From: a virus
Strand: one strand, 5' to 3'
Virus record (IMG/VR): IMGVR_UViG_3300047553_000365
Span: 64,001 to 128,000 of that record
Length of the DNA stretch: 64,000 nt
Position 1 is the stretch's first letter, and each line of letters opens with the position of its first letter. A program made the position numbers and the translations under genes. The notes under the pieces are model-generated. The model was given only the letters and a program-made list of their open reading frames with translations, was not told where the DNA came from and did not search any database. Positions 63,308 to 64,000 of the stretch are shown here, piece after piece.

Positions 63308-64000
63308 GTGTATATTTCATCGTATAGTTTATCTACCTTCGAATCTCCTAAATTAAGCTGTAGCTTAATGGGGGTGGGGGTAAAGCAAGCAGTAAGAAGT
63401 TATCCGGGTAACTACAAGATAACCTTTCCTACCTGTTTTCAGAACTTTAATGATGAAAAGACCATCAATTATAGTAATTTCTACCTGACAGGGGAATATC
63501 TATTCACTGATATCTTCGAAACCTCTAAAAATACCATAAAAAGTCAGACCATTCTGACAAAAATTCAATATGGTAGACAATTTTTAACATTTGAGGCCGT
63601 AAATCCTGATTATTTTGTATATTACGGCAACTATAAGCAATATAAGAACTATGGAATAGGGGTCTTCAGCAGCACGGCTTCCGATAAATTCTACATCGAG
63701 TTCCAAGGATACGGAAAGTGTAATATCTATTTCAAAAAAGACGACCTCAAATACTATCTGGTCGCTGATGAGGATAATAAACTATTTTTTGCCAACGAAA
63801 GAGTAATTCCTACTGGAACTGCCTATACAAGCAAGCCGCAGGACTTCAACTACACCTTCCAAAGTGACGGAAACTACTTCCTGTTATTCAAACAGACTGA
63901 TGATGGATCATTTATTGTAAGAAAAGAGGGGGACATTCTGGTTCTGAAGAACAATATTATTGATTATGTATATGATCCTTTCCGATTGACAAGAGATGTT
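63308..64000 (+). CDS. Hypothetical structural protein, partial (open at window end), not in ORF track
   Basis: GTG 5 nt after TAAATA; frame VYISSYSLSTFESPKLSC...DYVYDPFRLTRDV continues to 64000. Confidence 0.7.
   Translation, partial: MYISSYSLSTFESPKLSCSLMGVGVKQAVRSYPGNYKITFPTCFQNFNDEKTINYSNFYLTGEYLFTDIFETSKNTIKSQTILTKIQYGRQFLTFEAVNPDYFVYYGNYKQYKNYGIGVFSSTASDKFYIEFQGYGKCNIYFKKDDLKYYLVADEDNKLFFANERVIPTGTAYTSKPQDFNYTFQSDGNYFLLFKQTDDGSFIVRKEGDILVLKNNIIDYVYDPFRLTRDV

Noticed and set aside
63344-63361. Palindrome attaagct-gt-agcttaat followed by G runs, as an RNA element
   Set aside because: It lies within the open frame starting at 63308 and has no terminator tail or further structure.
1-64000. 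Alternative genetic code (TAG/TGA reassignment), as seen in some large phages
   Set aside because: Standard-code ORFs tile the window, known proteins are full length, and TGA serves as the stop in many ATGA overlaps.
1-64000. tRNA, rRNA or CRISPR arrays
   Set aside because: Intergenic gaps are mostly under 100 nt. I saw no cloverleaf or repeat-spacer array, and the recurring 12-mer is dispersed at gene starts. tRNAscan/CRISPR tools were not run.

Overview
A 64 kb AT-rich segment of a large T4-like myovirus (dsDNA phage), read in the standard genetic code and densely coding. The left half (1-31.3 kb, all minus strand) is an early/accessory region. It carries a Prs-like plus NAMPT-like pair (NARP1-type NAD+ reconstitution), an NDT-like gene, rIIA/rIIB and a DenV-like glycosylase. 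It also carries a large RNA/nucleotide end-repair set: two RNA ligases, a split kinase plus HAD phosphatase, three metallophosphoesterases, a receiver-like phosphatase, a histidine phosphatase, an HD protein, Pth2, a macrodomain, a SLOG protein and an AEP-like protein. DNA ligase, a RadA-like ATPase and three YopX paralogs lie here too. The right half is a late morphogenesis region with mixed orientation: baseplate, tape measure, tail tube and sheath, gp3, terminase, gp14, gp6, gp25, a lysozyme, candidate internal head proteins and a long helical-repeat protein. The clamp loader and a split rhamnose pathway (RmlA, RmlB, NRS/ER-type epimerase/reductase) are also in or next to this half. The most striking sequence-level signal is regulatory. 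A 12-copy early promoter motif (TAATTAAAACCG-N3-TAnnnT) and 23 TAAATA late-promoter cores sit mostly 5-8 nt before start codons, with no evident Shine-Dalgarno sequences. This suggests a phage-wide leaderless-mRNA expression programme. All product calls come from motif recognition by eye; no database searches were run.
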